A stretch of 35,052 nt of DNA, from positions 1 to 35,052 of IMG/VR virus record IMGVR_UViG_3300020183_000248. The stretch is one strand, 5' to 3'. The DNA is from a virus (Duplodnaviria; Caudoviricetes). A program made the translations under genes and the position numbers. The notes beneath the pieces were generated by a model, which did not search any database, was not told the origin of the DNA, and saw only the letters and a program-made list of their open reading frames with translations. Positions 7,678 through 16,889 of the stretch are shown here, one piece after another; within the stretch, counting starts at the first letter, position 1, and every line of letters starts with the position of its first letter.

Positions 7678-7745
7678 TTCCGCTCTCTCCAGGGGGAGGG
7701 AGTCAAAACTATCCCCCATCGATTAATATTGAATGAGCATATGCA

Positions 7746-8183
7746 ATGAGTGTCCCAGCAGACAAACTGATGGAAATGATTCGTAGCGATCAGGCTAAAG
7801 GCCAGATGCCCGATGACGACACGACGAAACCTGCGTTGTCGGGTGCTGAAACGCCGCCGATGGCTTCGCCCATGCTCACGCCTGAAGACAAGAAAGGCGA
7901 TCAAGCCAGTGCAAAGATTAATGTGCAAATGGCAATGGACTTGATGCAGCAGGCATTACCTGCTTTTGGTTCTGAATCTGAAGAGGGCAAAAGAATTCTT
8001 CAGGTGTTAGGAAGTCTCGCAAGGGTCTTTGGTGAAACAGAAGCCAAGACCAAGGAATTGATTCCTGCCGAGATTATTCAGATGATTCAATCGCTGCCGC
8101 AAGCTGGCGGTGCATCTCCAGAGATGCGCGTTATTGCCAAAGCACCCATTGGGGGTACACAATCCCCTCCCATTCCGATCTAG
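7746..8183 (+). CDS. Hypothetical head-module protein (145 aa, Pro/Met-rich)
   Basis: ORF between portal and scaffold. Confidence 0.8.
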   Translation: MSVPADKLMEMIRSDQAKGQMPDDDTTKPALSGAETPPMASPMLTPEDKKGDQASAKINVQMAMDLMQQALPAFGSESEEGKRILQVLGSLARVFGETEAKTKELIPAEIIQMIQSLPQAGGASPEMRVIAKAPIGGTQSPPIPI

Positions 8184-8189
8184 GAGTTA

Positions 8190-8378
8190 ATGATGGATTT
8201 ATTTAAGCCGAGAGGCGCACAAACCATTCGCCGTCCTCTGGACAACAAGAAAGAGAACGGCCAGATTGTTAACCCATACCGTTACTCGGATTTTGGCGGC
8301 TTAAGTTCTGCTGCCAAAGCGGGGTCAAAGAACAAAATGACCTTGAGCAATCCTGGTGATACCAAAAAAGTGATCTAA
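8190..8378 (+). CDS. Small basic head-module protein (62 aa)
   Basis: AGGAG SD; Lys/Arg-rich. Confidence 0.8.
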   Translation: MMDLFKPRGAQTIRRPLDNKKENGQIVNPYRYSDFGGLSSAAKAGSKNKMTLSNPGDTKKVI

Positions 8379-8396
8379 AGACAAAGGGGCTAAGTC

Positions 8397-8933
8397 ATGT
8401 CACTTGAAAACTTATCTGATGGCGAGATTCGAGAGTTGGCACTCCTTGCTAAGGAGTTGCACGACAATCCGGATACGCGCCGTGACGCGCTGCGTTTGAC
8501 GAAGAAAATCCGGCAAGATTTGCCGATTCCTGAGTTGGACTTGCAAGATACGGTTGAAAAGACTCGCGCTCACATGCAATCAAAGATTGATGCCCTTGAA
8601 GCCAAGTTGCGAGAAAACGACGCTCGCAAGACGTTGGAAGAAAGGCGCAATGCTTTGAAGTCAAAAGGTAAAGTATCGTCTGATGACGAGATTAAAGAAG
8701 TTGAGAAGCTGATGGTTGAAAAGAAAATTGCCGACCATGAAACGGCTGCTGACTACTTTAATTGGATGAAACAAGCCGAAGTTGATAAGCCTACCCCGAT
8801 CTTTCAAGGATCGCCTGTGCTTAATAACTTTGATTTGAAGAACTACTTTAAGAACCCGCAGAATGCTGCGCGGGAGAATGCAATGCAAGCCTTGAATGAG
8901 CTTCGCAGTCCGAGGCGACCAATAGGTTTGTGA
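8397..8933 (+). CDS. Probable capsid scaffolding protein
   Basis: Charged coiled-coil protein directly upstream of the capsid gene. Confidence 0.65.
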   Translation: MSLENLSDGEIRELALLAKELHDNPDTRRDALRLTKKIRQDLPIPELDLQDTVEKTRAHMQSKIDALEAKLRENDARKTLEERRNALKSKGKVSSDDEIKEVEKLMVEKKIADHETAADYFNWMKQAEVDKPTPIFQGSPVLNNFDLKNYFKNPQNAARENAMQALNELRSPRRPIGL

Positions 8934-8971
8934 TGTACAACTAGGGGCTAGTTTTTTAGAAGGATTCAATC

Positions 8972-9982
8972 ATGCCTATTGGTGGCGGTATTATCCCAGC
9001 AACGGGTACGAGTCAGTATAACGAACTGACATACGTCACCCGTAGGGCGTTCATTCCCAAACTGATCGTCCAGCTTTACAACTCAACCCCTTTGTTGGCG
9101 GCACTGCTTGCTAACAGCCAGACAGCCTCTGGTGGCGTTTCCTCAGTTACTGTTCCTGTGCAAGGTTCACAATTTGTGAATGCCCAGTGGTCAGACTACT
9201 CAGGTTCGTTTGCCCAGCCCTCCGTGCAGCAAGGTGCATGGAATGCTGAGTGGAATCTGAAACTGATGATTGCACCGGTTCCCTTCCTCGGTATGGAAGG
9301 TGCAGTACAGCAAGACTATGCTGTGATTCCTTTGATTGAGGCTCGCATGAACGATGCGACCAACGTCATGATGGATGCTATGGCAACGTCGCTCTATACC
9401 TCTGATGGTACGGGTGCTTACTCGCAACAGTTCACGGGCCTGCCCATTGCTGTTGATAGTGCTGGTACTTATGCAGGCTTGAGCCGCTCGACCTACACTT
9501 GGTGGGCATCAAGTGAGTACGCTGCTGGCTCGGTTAATCCGACCCGTCAGAACGTGCTTCAGTACATCAGCGGGACAGTTAAGAAGGCTGCTGAAATGCC
9601 AACCTTTGGCGTATGCGGCTTTGGCACATGGACGCTTTTGGCACAAGACTTTGTTGGCCAAGAGACTTACATGATCACGCCTGGAAGCAACTTTGCTACC
9701 GGTGAAGATGGCCCAGGTTCTGCCTTTCGCGCGTTGATGGTTGCTGGTGTGCCGATCTACCCTGATCCTTATTGCCCAGAGGGTACGCTTTACTTGCTCA
9801 ACAGCAATTACCTGAGCATGTACATTCACAACCAAGCGCAGTTTGCGTTCACTGGTTTTGAATCAACCCTTCCCAACTGGCAGATTGGTTATGTGGGTGC
9901 TGTGTTGACCATTGCTGAAATGGTAAGCACCAAGCCCAAGTCCATGACCAAAGTGACCGGTTACAACAGTCTCACGCTGTAA
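8972..9982 (+). CDS. Major capsid protein
   Basis: 336 aa, position after the scaffold, biased codon use, HK97-fold-like segments (SLYTSDG...FTGL; GVPIYPDPYCPEGTLYLLN). Confidence 0.88.
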   Translation: MPIGGGIIPATGTSQYNELTYVTRRAFIPKLIVQLYNSTPLLAALLANSQTASGGVSSVTVPVQGSQFVNAQWSDYSGSFAQPSVQQGAWNAEWNLKLMIAPVPFLGMEGAVQQDYAVIPLIEARMNDATNVMMDAMATSLYTSDGTGAYSQQFTGLPIAVDSAGTYAGLSRSTYTWWASSEYAAGSVNPTRQNVLQYISGTVKKAAEMPTFGVCGFGTWTLLAQDFVGQETYMITPGSNFATGEDGPGSAFRALMVAGVPIYPDPYCPEGTLYLLNSNYLSMYIHNQAQFAFTGFESTLPNWQIGYVGAVLTIAEMVSTKPKSMTKVTGYNSLTL

Positions 9983-9992
9983 GGAGCAGATC

Positions 9993-10337
9993 ATGGCACT
10001 TGGTTTACCTAAGCTCATACTTGCGTCAAGTTCCCCAAATGCGGATACCGCAGGCGCTTACCTTGACGCGCAAACCGTTTCTATTGCTGCTAGTGGCACC
10101 GCATTGGTTCCAGCAGGTATGTACCTGTTTCAACCCAATGCAAGTGTAAAAGTTCAGACGACGTTTAATGACACGCCGACTTGGACAGACACTATTGCCG
10201 TTAACGTCGGTGGTGTGTTGTTCTCAGACGGTATTAACGTACGCTTTTCAAACACCTCGACGGCGCAGGCTGCAACCATGCAGTTGGCAACAATCAATGG
10301 TGGTTTGGCAGTAAGCGGTACTTACAACGCATCGTAA
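9993..10337 (+). CDS. Putative capsid decoration/minor structural protein
   Basis: Beta-rich and Ala/Thr-rich; strong AAGGAG SD right after the capsid gene. Confidence 0.6.
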   Translation: MALGLPKLILASSSPNADTAGAYLDAQTVSIAASGTALVPAGMYLFQPNASVKVQTTFNDTPTWTDTIAVNVGGVLFSDGINVRFSNTSTAQAATMQLATINGGLAVSGTYNAS

Positions 10338-10349
10338 TAGGAGTTAAGC

Positions 10350-10769
10350 ATGGATGCCAACAAAGTCGGCAGTTTATTGCCGCAACAGTTCGGAGGTATC
10401 CTGCTTGGGAAGTTGATCGCTGCGAACATGAATGTGACCACCGATCAACAGATCACCATGTTTAGTAATCCCTCTAAGTTTGTGCTAAGAAGGATTGTGG
10501 TGACCAATGCTTCAACGTCACTGACCACGGCTGCTGGCGGCGTTTATACCGCTGTCAGCAAGGGTGGTACAGCAGTTGTTGCAGCGGCCCAGGCTTACTC
10601 AACGCTTACAACGTCAGCGCTGTTTTTAGACTTAACGCTGAACACGGCAGGTAACGCAAACATCACCGTGAAGTCGTCAGTGCCTAACCTGTACCTATCG
10701 CTTACGACGGCGCAAGGTGGTGCAGCGACTGCTGATGTATACGTTTACGGCGACATACTTGAAGCGTGA
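10350..10769 (+). CDS. Putative virion structural protein
   Basis: Beta-rich, AGGAG SD, head module. Confidence 0.6.
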   Translation: MDANKVGSLLPQQFGGILLGKLIAANMNVTTDQQITMFSNPSKFVLRRIVVTNASTSLTTAAGGVYTAVSKGGTAVVAAAQAYSTLTTSALFLDLTLNTAGNANITVKSSVPNLYLSLTTAQGGAATADVYVYGDILEA

Positions 10770-11104
10770 TTTACGTAACGAACAGAGGGGGTCAACACGC
10801 TGAGGGCAGGTTCTGCAATCAGAAGTTTGACTTTCCTCCAGATCGTTCAATACCTGTGCCGCTTGAAGTGGCACGACATATTTTTGGGTATGGTGATGAC
10901 AACAAAGAACCGTACTTGATTAGGCTTGGTTGGTTGCGCATGAGCACTGATTGGGATCGAGCGATAGAGCGGCTCAACCAGTTTCAGTTTACCAAAGAGC
11001 CAATTCGCACAGGCCAGTCGTTAGCCCCGCTGGTGGAACGAGTAGCCCCTCCTTTGGGTCGTCGGCCAAAGGTCGGGGCGAAATTCCAAGAGCAGGCTAC
11101 TTAA
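10766..11104 (+). CDS. Hypothetical protein (112 aa)
   Basis: GTGA overlap with the previous gene. Confidence 0.75.
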   Translation: MIYVTNRGGQHAEGRFCNQKFDFPPDRSIPVPLEVARHIFGYGDDNKEPYLIRLGWLRMSTDWDRAIERLNQFQFTKEPIRTGQSLAPLVERVAPPLGRRPKVGAKFQEQAT

Positions 11105-11119
11105 GTAGATGGAGCGTTC

Positions 11120-11767
11120 ATGGCAGCCACGTTTACGGGCTATATTGCAGAAGTCAGAAGGCTTTTGCATGATGCTACCGGAGTTTTTTGGTCAGACACA
11201 GAGCTGACCGACTACATCAACTCTGCCCGTGATCGCATTGTGCGTGACACTGGTTGTCTACGCTATCTCGCTCCAAGCACTGCCACCTACAATCAAGAAA
11301 CGCTTGATCTGACAACAATCACGTTGCCAAGCTATGGCGCAAGCATTCTTGATGTGCTCAACCTAAATCTTTACTGGGGCAATACACGCATTCCTTTGCG
11401 TTACTTAGCCTGGACAGACTTTAATGCACAGTTGCGATTTTGGCAGAACTACACAGGCCGTCCTATTGGCTTTTCCCTTTATGGTTTGAACACCATTTAC
11501 TTTGGCCCTGTGCCAGACCAAAACTATCAAATTGAACTTGATACGATTGTCTTGCCTATTGCCTTATTAAGCGACTCTCAGACAGAGCCAATCCCGTCAC
11601 CCTACACATCACCCGTCAAGTTCTATGCTGCTTACCTTGCTAAGTACAAAGAACAGAGTTATGGGGAAGCAGAGATATTCAAAGCGGAATATGAAAAGCA
11701 AGCACGTTCAGTTATTGCTTCTTCAATGACGCGCCGTATGCCAACGTCATTCTCGCAGCCTTACTAA
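11120..11767 (+). CDS. Head-tail adaptor protein
   Basis: VRRLLHD...WSDTELTDYINSA, YFGPVPD, YAAYLAKYK; position before the nozzle. Confidence 0.75.
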   Translation: MAATFTGYIAEVRRLLHDATGVFWSDTELTDYINSARDRIVRDTGCLRYLAPSTATYNQETLDLTTITLPSYGASILDVLNLNLYWGNTRIPLRYLAWTDFNAQLRFWQNYTGRPIGFSLYGLNTIYFGPVPDQNYQIELDTIVLPIALLSDSQTEPIPSPYTSPVKFYAAYLAKYKEQSYGEAEIFKAEYEKQARSVIASSMTRRMPTSFSQPY

Positions 11768-11769
11768 TC

Positions 11770-13509
11770 ATGGCCCAAACGGAACAGCGAAAGTCCTACC
11801 ATGTAACCAAGGACTTCAAGGGCATCAATACGAAGGCCAATCGTACGGCCATCCAGGAAAATGAGTTTGCTTGGATAGAAAACGTCATGCCTATCGGGTA
11901 CTCCAACCTGAAGGTCATTCCTAAAGAAAAGCGTGTTACTTACAGCAGTACCAGTTTTACATGGGGCGGCACAGTGCATTACATGGCACCAGCCAATATT
12001 GGCGGTGTTGCCTATATGTTTGCGTTCTTCACCAATGGAGGTGCGCAGTATGTCAACCTGGAAACGCCAACCGCACCCGTTACGCTGGCAGCGTCTGGGA
12101 CATTCAGCGGAACAAGAACTCAGATTAGTCAATGGAAGAATGAGCGAATCCTCATCATTGACACAACTTATGGATACGCTACGTTCGACGGGACGAATCT
12201 CGTTCGGATCGGTTCGGTTGCCACCATCGAAGTCACCGCAGGTGGCTCAGGCTACTCATCAGCACCGACAGTAACGATTGGCGCTCCTAATCAAACAGGT
12301 GGCGTTCAAGCAACCGCAGAAGCTACGATCTCTGGTGGGATTGTCACTGCGATTACGATTACTGAGCCTGGTACTGGTTACACCTCTGCCCCTGCAATCA
12401 CGTTTTCAAGTGGCGCAGCGACGGCAACGGCAACGATTATTAGCCAGCCTGGTACATCAATCCAGTCATTTTCAGGTCGAGTATGGATTGCTGATGGTAG
12501 AACCATCTACTACACCGCAGCAGACAGCTACAACGACTTTACAAGCATCTCTGCTGGCAATATTACGCTGGTTGATGCGACGCTTTATGGCGACATCACG
12601 CAGATCATTGCTGCAAACAACTTCTTGTACGTGTTTGGTGAGTCATCCATCAACGTGTTTTCAGACGTTCGCGTCAATACGCTTGGTGAGACACTCTTCA
12701 CCAACACCAATATCAGCGCATCCATTGGCACAGAACTGTTTCTAGGTATCTTTGCCTACTTTAGAAGCATTCTGTTCATCAACAGGTACGGCGTTTATGC
12801 TTTGGTTGGCGCAACAACAACCAAGATTAGCGATGCGCTTGACGGCATCTTCCCGAATATTGACTTTAGTTCGACAGTTACGGGTTGCCAGACTCTGATC
12901 TACAACATCTTGGTGTCTGCATGGAACGTCAGGTACAACGATAACGGCACTTACAGGCGTGTCCAGTTGGTTTTCTTTGATCGCAAGTGGTTTATTAGCT
13001 ATCAAGGCAATCTCACGCACATCAACTCATCACCTGTTGATGGTTTGATCAATGCCTATGGCGTTGAATCAGGTGGTGCGTTTTACAGACTGTACGAAGA
13101 TCAGACGGCAAATATTGCCACTGAGGTTGTCACAGCGCTTTGGGACTTGAAAGACCCGATTCGGGATAAGCAAGCGCTCAAACTTGGTGTTGAAGCGACG
13201 TTTCCTGTGTCAGTAGCAGGTTCATTGAATATTTCGATTGATAGTGAGTCAAGAGCATCGACATCAATTGCGCTTGGTAATGCAGTTGCATGGCAGAACA
13301 ACAGTTTTTACAATATTGCGTGGACAAATAACGCAGGAAGCACGTTGCAGTGGGTTTCTTCTGGGTATCAACTCACAGAAGGGTACAAGTTACTGAAGTA
13401 CGATGCTCAGATGTATGGCAAATACCTTGGCATGACGGTAACATCCACGGCACCAGCATTTACCTTCAACGGCTTCCAGCTTGAACATGAATTAAGAGCG
13501 AGGTTCTGA
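11770..13509 (+). CDS. Tail nozzle / stabilisation protein (P22 gp10 / T7 gp12-like beta-propeller) with a GxGY repeat insert
   Basis: DFKGINT...IQENEF start, FSGRVWIA, LYVFGESSI; size and position. Confidence 0.75.
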   Translation: MAQTEQRKSYHVTKDFKGINTKANRTAIQENEFAWIENVMPIGYSNLKVIPKEKRVTYSSTSFTWGGTVHYMAPANIGGVAYMFAFFTNGGAQYVNLETPTAPVTLAASGTFSGTRTQISQWKNERILIIDTTYGYATFDGTNLVRIGSVATIEVTAGGSGYSSAPTVTIGAPNQTGGVQATAEATISGGIVTAITITEPGTGYTSAPAITFSSGAATATATIISQPGTSIQSFSGRVWIADGRTIYYTAADSYNDFTSISAGNITLVDATLYGDITQIIAANNFLYVFGESSINVFSDVRVNTLGETLFTNTNISASIGTELFLGIFAYFRSILFINRYGVYALVGATTTKISDALDGIFPNIDFSSTVTGCQTLIYNILVSAWNVRYNDNGTYRRVQLVFFDRKWFISYQGNLTHINSSPVDGLINAYGVESGGAFYRLYEDQTANIATEVVTALWDLKDPIRDKQALKLGVEATFPVSVAGSLNISIDSESRASTSIALGNAVAWQNNSFYNIAWTNNAGSTLQWVSSGYQLTEGYKLLKYDAQMYGKYLGMTVTSTAPAFTFNGFQLEHELRARF

Positions 13510-16085
13510 TGGCAAAGCCAGTAACAATCCCGAATACATTTGCCACGGCGACGACATCCATCCCGCTTGCCAACCTGGATGCTGATTTCACCACGGTTGC
13601 AACGGCACTCAATGACGCATCGACCTATAGCAACTATGCTTTAGATTCAGGCACAACTAATGCCTATGTGGTTTCGCTTTCTGGGCTATCAACGACGTAC
13701 CAGGCAGGTCTTGCGATTCAGTTTCAGGCAACCAGTGCAAACACTGGAACCTGTACCTTAAACGTCAACGGCCAAGGTGCTAAGAACATCATTTACCCTG
13801 ATGGCAGCACTTTGTCAGCCAATGCCATTGTTGTTGGTGCAATTTGCTCGCTCATGTATGACGGGTCTAGCTTTCAGTTGCTGTCGGTCAAGAATGCAGC
13901 AGGGGGCGGCGGAGGAGGTGGTAGTGTTTCATCTGTTGCGATGTCGGTTCCTGCCTTCTTATCGGTTTCTGGCACACCAATCACAACGTCTGGCACTTTA
14001 GCGGTTAGTTACTCTGGCACACCACTGCCAATTGCCAATGGTGGTACAGGTGCAACCACCGCTGCTGGCATTCGCGTCACGATTGGTGCTGGCGATGTCA
14101 ATGGCCCTGCGGCATCGGTTGATGATGAGATTGCGCTTTACTCAAGTACAACGGGTAAGGTCATCAAGCGAGCAACTACAACCGGTATTCTTAAAGCAAC
14201 GGCTGGCGTATTGTCGGCTGCAACAAGTGGGACTGATTATCTTGTTCCTGGCGGCGCACTTGGCACACCATCTTCTGGCGATCTATCAAACTGTACTAAC
14301 CTTCCTTCTGGAAGCATTACCGGACTCGGTTCTGGCGTACTTACTGCCTTACAAACCGCTATTGGATCAAGCGGTGCATTTGTTCCTACAGGAGGTACAG
14401 GTGCAACCGGAACATGGAACATTGATGTTCTTGGTAATGCAGGCACTGTAACCAACGGTGTCTACACCACGGGCAGTTATTCAAATCCTGCATGGATTAC
14501 AGCACTTGCCGCAACTAAGATCACAGGTACGCTTGCAATCAGTCAGGGCGGTACAGGTCAAAGCGATAAGACTTCAGCGTTTGATGCCCTAGCGCCTAAT
14601 ACAACCAAGGGCGACATGATTGTCTACACAGGAACGGACAATGTTCGTTTACCTGTTGGTACTGACGGTCAGATACTGGTTGCGGATTCAACCACGACTG
14701 AAGGCGTGAAGTGGTTTACTTCAACGGGTTCTGGAACTGTTACGTCGGTTGGTATTAGCCCACCAGCATTCTTGACGGCAGGCTCGCCAGTCACAAGTGC
14801 TGGAAACATCACACTGACTTATTCCGGTACGGCTATACCAATTACTTCCGGTGGTACTGGATTGACAGCATTAGGCACTGCCGGTCAGGTGCTGCAAGTT
14901 AATGCAGGCGGTACAGCACTAGAATACGGTGCGGTAACTGGAACGGGTGATGTTGTTGGGCCAGCATCGTCAGTCAATGCACAGATTGCCTTATACAGTG
15001 GAACGACTGGTAAGTTGATTCAGGCAGCAACAACCACAGGCGTGGTTAAAGCGACAAGCGGTGTTATTGCAGCCGCTGTTGCTGGCACCGATTACGTTGC
15101 ACCAGGTGGAGCACTTGGTACACCTTCATCAGGCACATTAACCAACACGACTGGTCTTCCGATCTCAACGGGTGTTGCTGGTTTGGGGACTGGTATTGCA
15201 ACAGCGCTAGGCCAATCGGTAGGCACTGCTGGCGCACCGGTTCTATTCAACGGCGCATTAGGAACACCATCAAGCGGTACGCTTACTAATGCGACTGGCT
15301 TGCCAATCACTACTGGCGTATCTGGCCTTGGCACTGGTGTTGCAACCGCATTAGGATTTACTGCTGGCACTGCGGGTGGCGTTGTTACTTATGATGGTGA
15401 TGCTGGTACTCCTTCGGCAGCAAACCTTACCAATGCAACAGGACTACCTTTATCAACAGGGATTACTGGTACGTTAGGTGTTGCCAACGGTGGTACAGGT
15501 CTGACAGCCATAGGTACAGCTAATCAGTACCTAAAGGTCAATAGCGGTGGCAGTGCGCTTGAATTTGCAACACTGACGGCAGGTGATGTTAATGGGCCTG
15601 CAAGTTCAACTGACAATGCAATTGCTCGGTTTGATTCGACGACTGGCAAGTTATTGCAGAACTCTAGTGCAACGATCACCGATATTGGTCAGGCATCGTT
15701 TGTTGGTTATGCACAGGTTACGGCTAATACAGGTGCTGGTACATCAGGCTACTTAGAGCTTCAGTCTAATGACGCAGGTTCTGGTACCAAAACATTACGC
15801 ATTCAGCCAAGTAATGCAGCTACAACGTCAACGCAGACTTACACATTCCCAACGGATTATGGCTCTGGCGGTCAGTTCCTAACGACGGATGGCGCTGGTG
15901 CGTTAAGTTGGGCATCTGGTGGTGGTGGTGGATCGGGCGGTCCAGTGCTTGAATCACAGATTGTGATTAGCCAGAACTACACATTTTCAAGCAATACAAA
16001 TGGGTTATCAGTGTCACCTGTAACAGTGGCGGCAGGTTATGCGGTTACTGTTGGTACGGGCCAAGCCTGGATGATTTTAGGTTAA
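13509..16085 (+). CDS. Tail fibre protein (858 aa)
   Basis: N-terminal anchor (LANLDADF), ANTG..TLNVNG.GAK, repeated IANGGTG, GDVxGP and LGTPSSG modules. Confidence 0.85.
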   Translation: MAKPVTIPNTFATATTSIPLANLDADFTTVATALNDASTYSNYALDSGTTNAYVVSLSGLSTTYQAGLAIQFQATSANTGTCTLNVNGQGAKNIIYPDGSTLSANAIVVGAICSLMYDGSSFQLLSVKNAAGGGGGGGSVSSVAMSVPAFLSVSGTPITTSGTLAVSYSGTPLPIANGGTGATTAAGIRVTIGAGDVNGPAASVDDEIALYSSTTGKVIKRATTTGILKATAGVLSAATSGTDYLVPGGALGTPSSGDLSNCTNLPSGSITGLGSGVLTALQTAIGSSGAFVPTGGTGATGTWNIDVLGNAGTVTNGVYTTGSYSNPAWITALAATKITGTLAISQGGTGQSDKTSAFDALAPNTTKGDMIVYTGTDNVRLPVGTDGQILVADSTTTEGVKWFTSTGSGTVTSVGISPPAFLTAGSPVTSAGNITLTYSGTAIPITSGGTGLTALGTAGQVLQVNAGGTALEYGAVTGTGDVVGPASSVNAQIALYSGTTGKLIQAATTTGVVKATSGVIAAAVAGTDYVAPGGALGTPSSGTLTNTTGLPISTGVAGLGTGIATALGQSVGTAGAPVLFNGALGTPSSGTLTNATGLPITTGVSGLGTGVATALGFTAGTAGGVVTYDGDAGTPSAANLTNATGLPLSTGITGTLGVANGGTGLTAIGTANQYLKVNSGGSALEFATLTAGDVNGPASSTDNAIARFDSTTGKLLQNSSATITDIGQASFVGYAQVTANTGAGTSGYLELQSNDAGSGTKTLRIQPSNAATTSTQTYTFPTDYGSGGQFLTTDGAGALSWASGGGGGSGGPVLESQIVISQNYTFSSNTNGLSVSPVTVAAGYAVTVGTGQAWMILG

Positions 16086-16094
16086 GGAAGCGAG

Positions 16095-16889
16095 ATGAGT
16101 AAGATCAAATTCCAAGGTAATGCAAGTGGCACTGGGACGACGACGTTTCAGTCTGCCAACACATCTTCTAACACGACGTTCACGCTTCCTGGTACAGATG
16201 GAACGAACGGGCAGGGATTAGTCACTGACGGTTCAGGGACGCTGAGTTTTGCGACCGTAGGTGGTACAACAACCAATGCCTTGACTATGAACAGTGGCGG
16301 CGCTGGTGATGCGTCAGGAGCTACGTTCAATGGTTCTGCGGCTAAGACGATTAGCTACAACACCATTGGTGCTGCGGCCACTGGTGCGGCAAATACGTTT
16401 ACAGCGGCTCAGACGTTTAGAGCGGCTAGTGCGGTTAGATCAGAAGCGGCTAGTACACAAGATGCAATCGTGGTTGCAGGCAGAGCAGGAGGTACAAGTT
16501 CTTATGCGGTGACACTAACGCCAACAACTTTATCTGCTAACAGGACGGTGACGTTTCCTGATGAAACATTTACGGTTGGTTATCGAAATGTGCCTGCTGT
16601 AGGTACAAAAACCGGTAGTTACTCGCTAGCAGTAGGTGATGTTGGTAAGTATGTGCAGATTGGTTCCGGTGGATCAATTACGATCCCTGATGCAACGTTT
16701 GCTGAGGGTGACGTTATTTCGTTGTTCAACAACACGACAGGCGGAATTACGATCACTTGTACGATTACCACAGCGTATATAGCAGGAACGGATACAGACA
16801 AAGCCACGATGACGCTAGCAACAAGAGGGGTGGCTACGATCCTCTTTATCTCTGGTACGGTTTGCGTAGTTTCTGGGAACGTATCATGA
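16095..16889 (+). CDS. Tail fibre-associated protein
   Basis: Thr/Gly-rich; TFTLPGTDGTNGQGLVTDGSGTLSF fibre motif. Confidence 0.75.
   Translation: MSKIKFQGNASGTGTTTFQSANTSSNTTFTLPGTDGTNGQGLVTDGSGTLSFATVGGTTTNALTMNSGGAGDASGATFNGSAAKTISYNTIGAAATGAANTFTAAQTFRAASAVRSEAASTQDAIVVAGRAGGTSSYAVTLTPTTLSANRTVTFPDETFTVGYRNVPAVGTKTGSYSLAVGDVGKYVQIGSGGSITIPDATFAEGDVISLFNNTTGGITITCTITTAYIAGTDTDKATMTLATRGVATILFISGTVCVVSGNVS

Noticed and set aside
7545-7928. 127-aa Arg-rich minus-strand ORF
   Set aside because: Antisense to the late operon with no SD; better explained by the plus-strand micro-ORFs and the 7746 gene.
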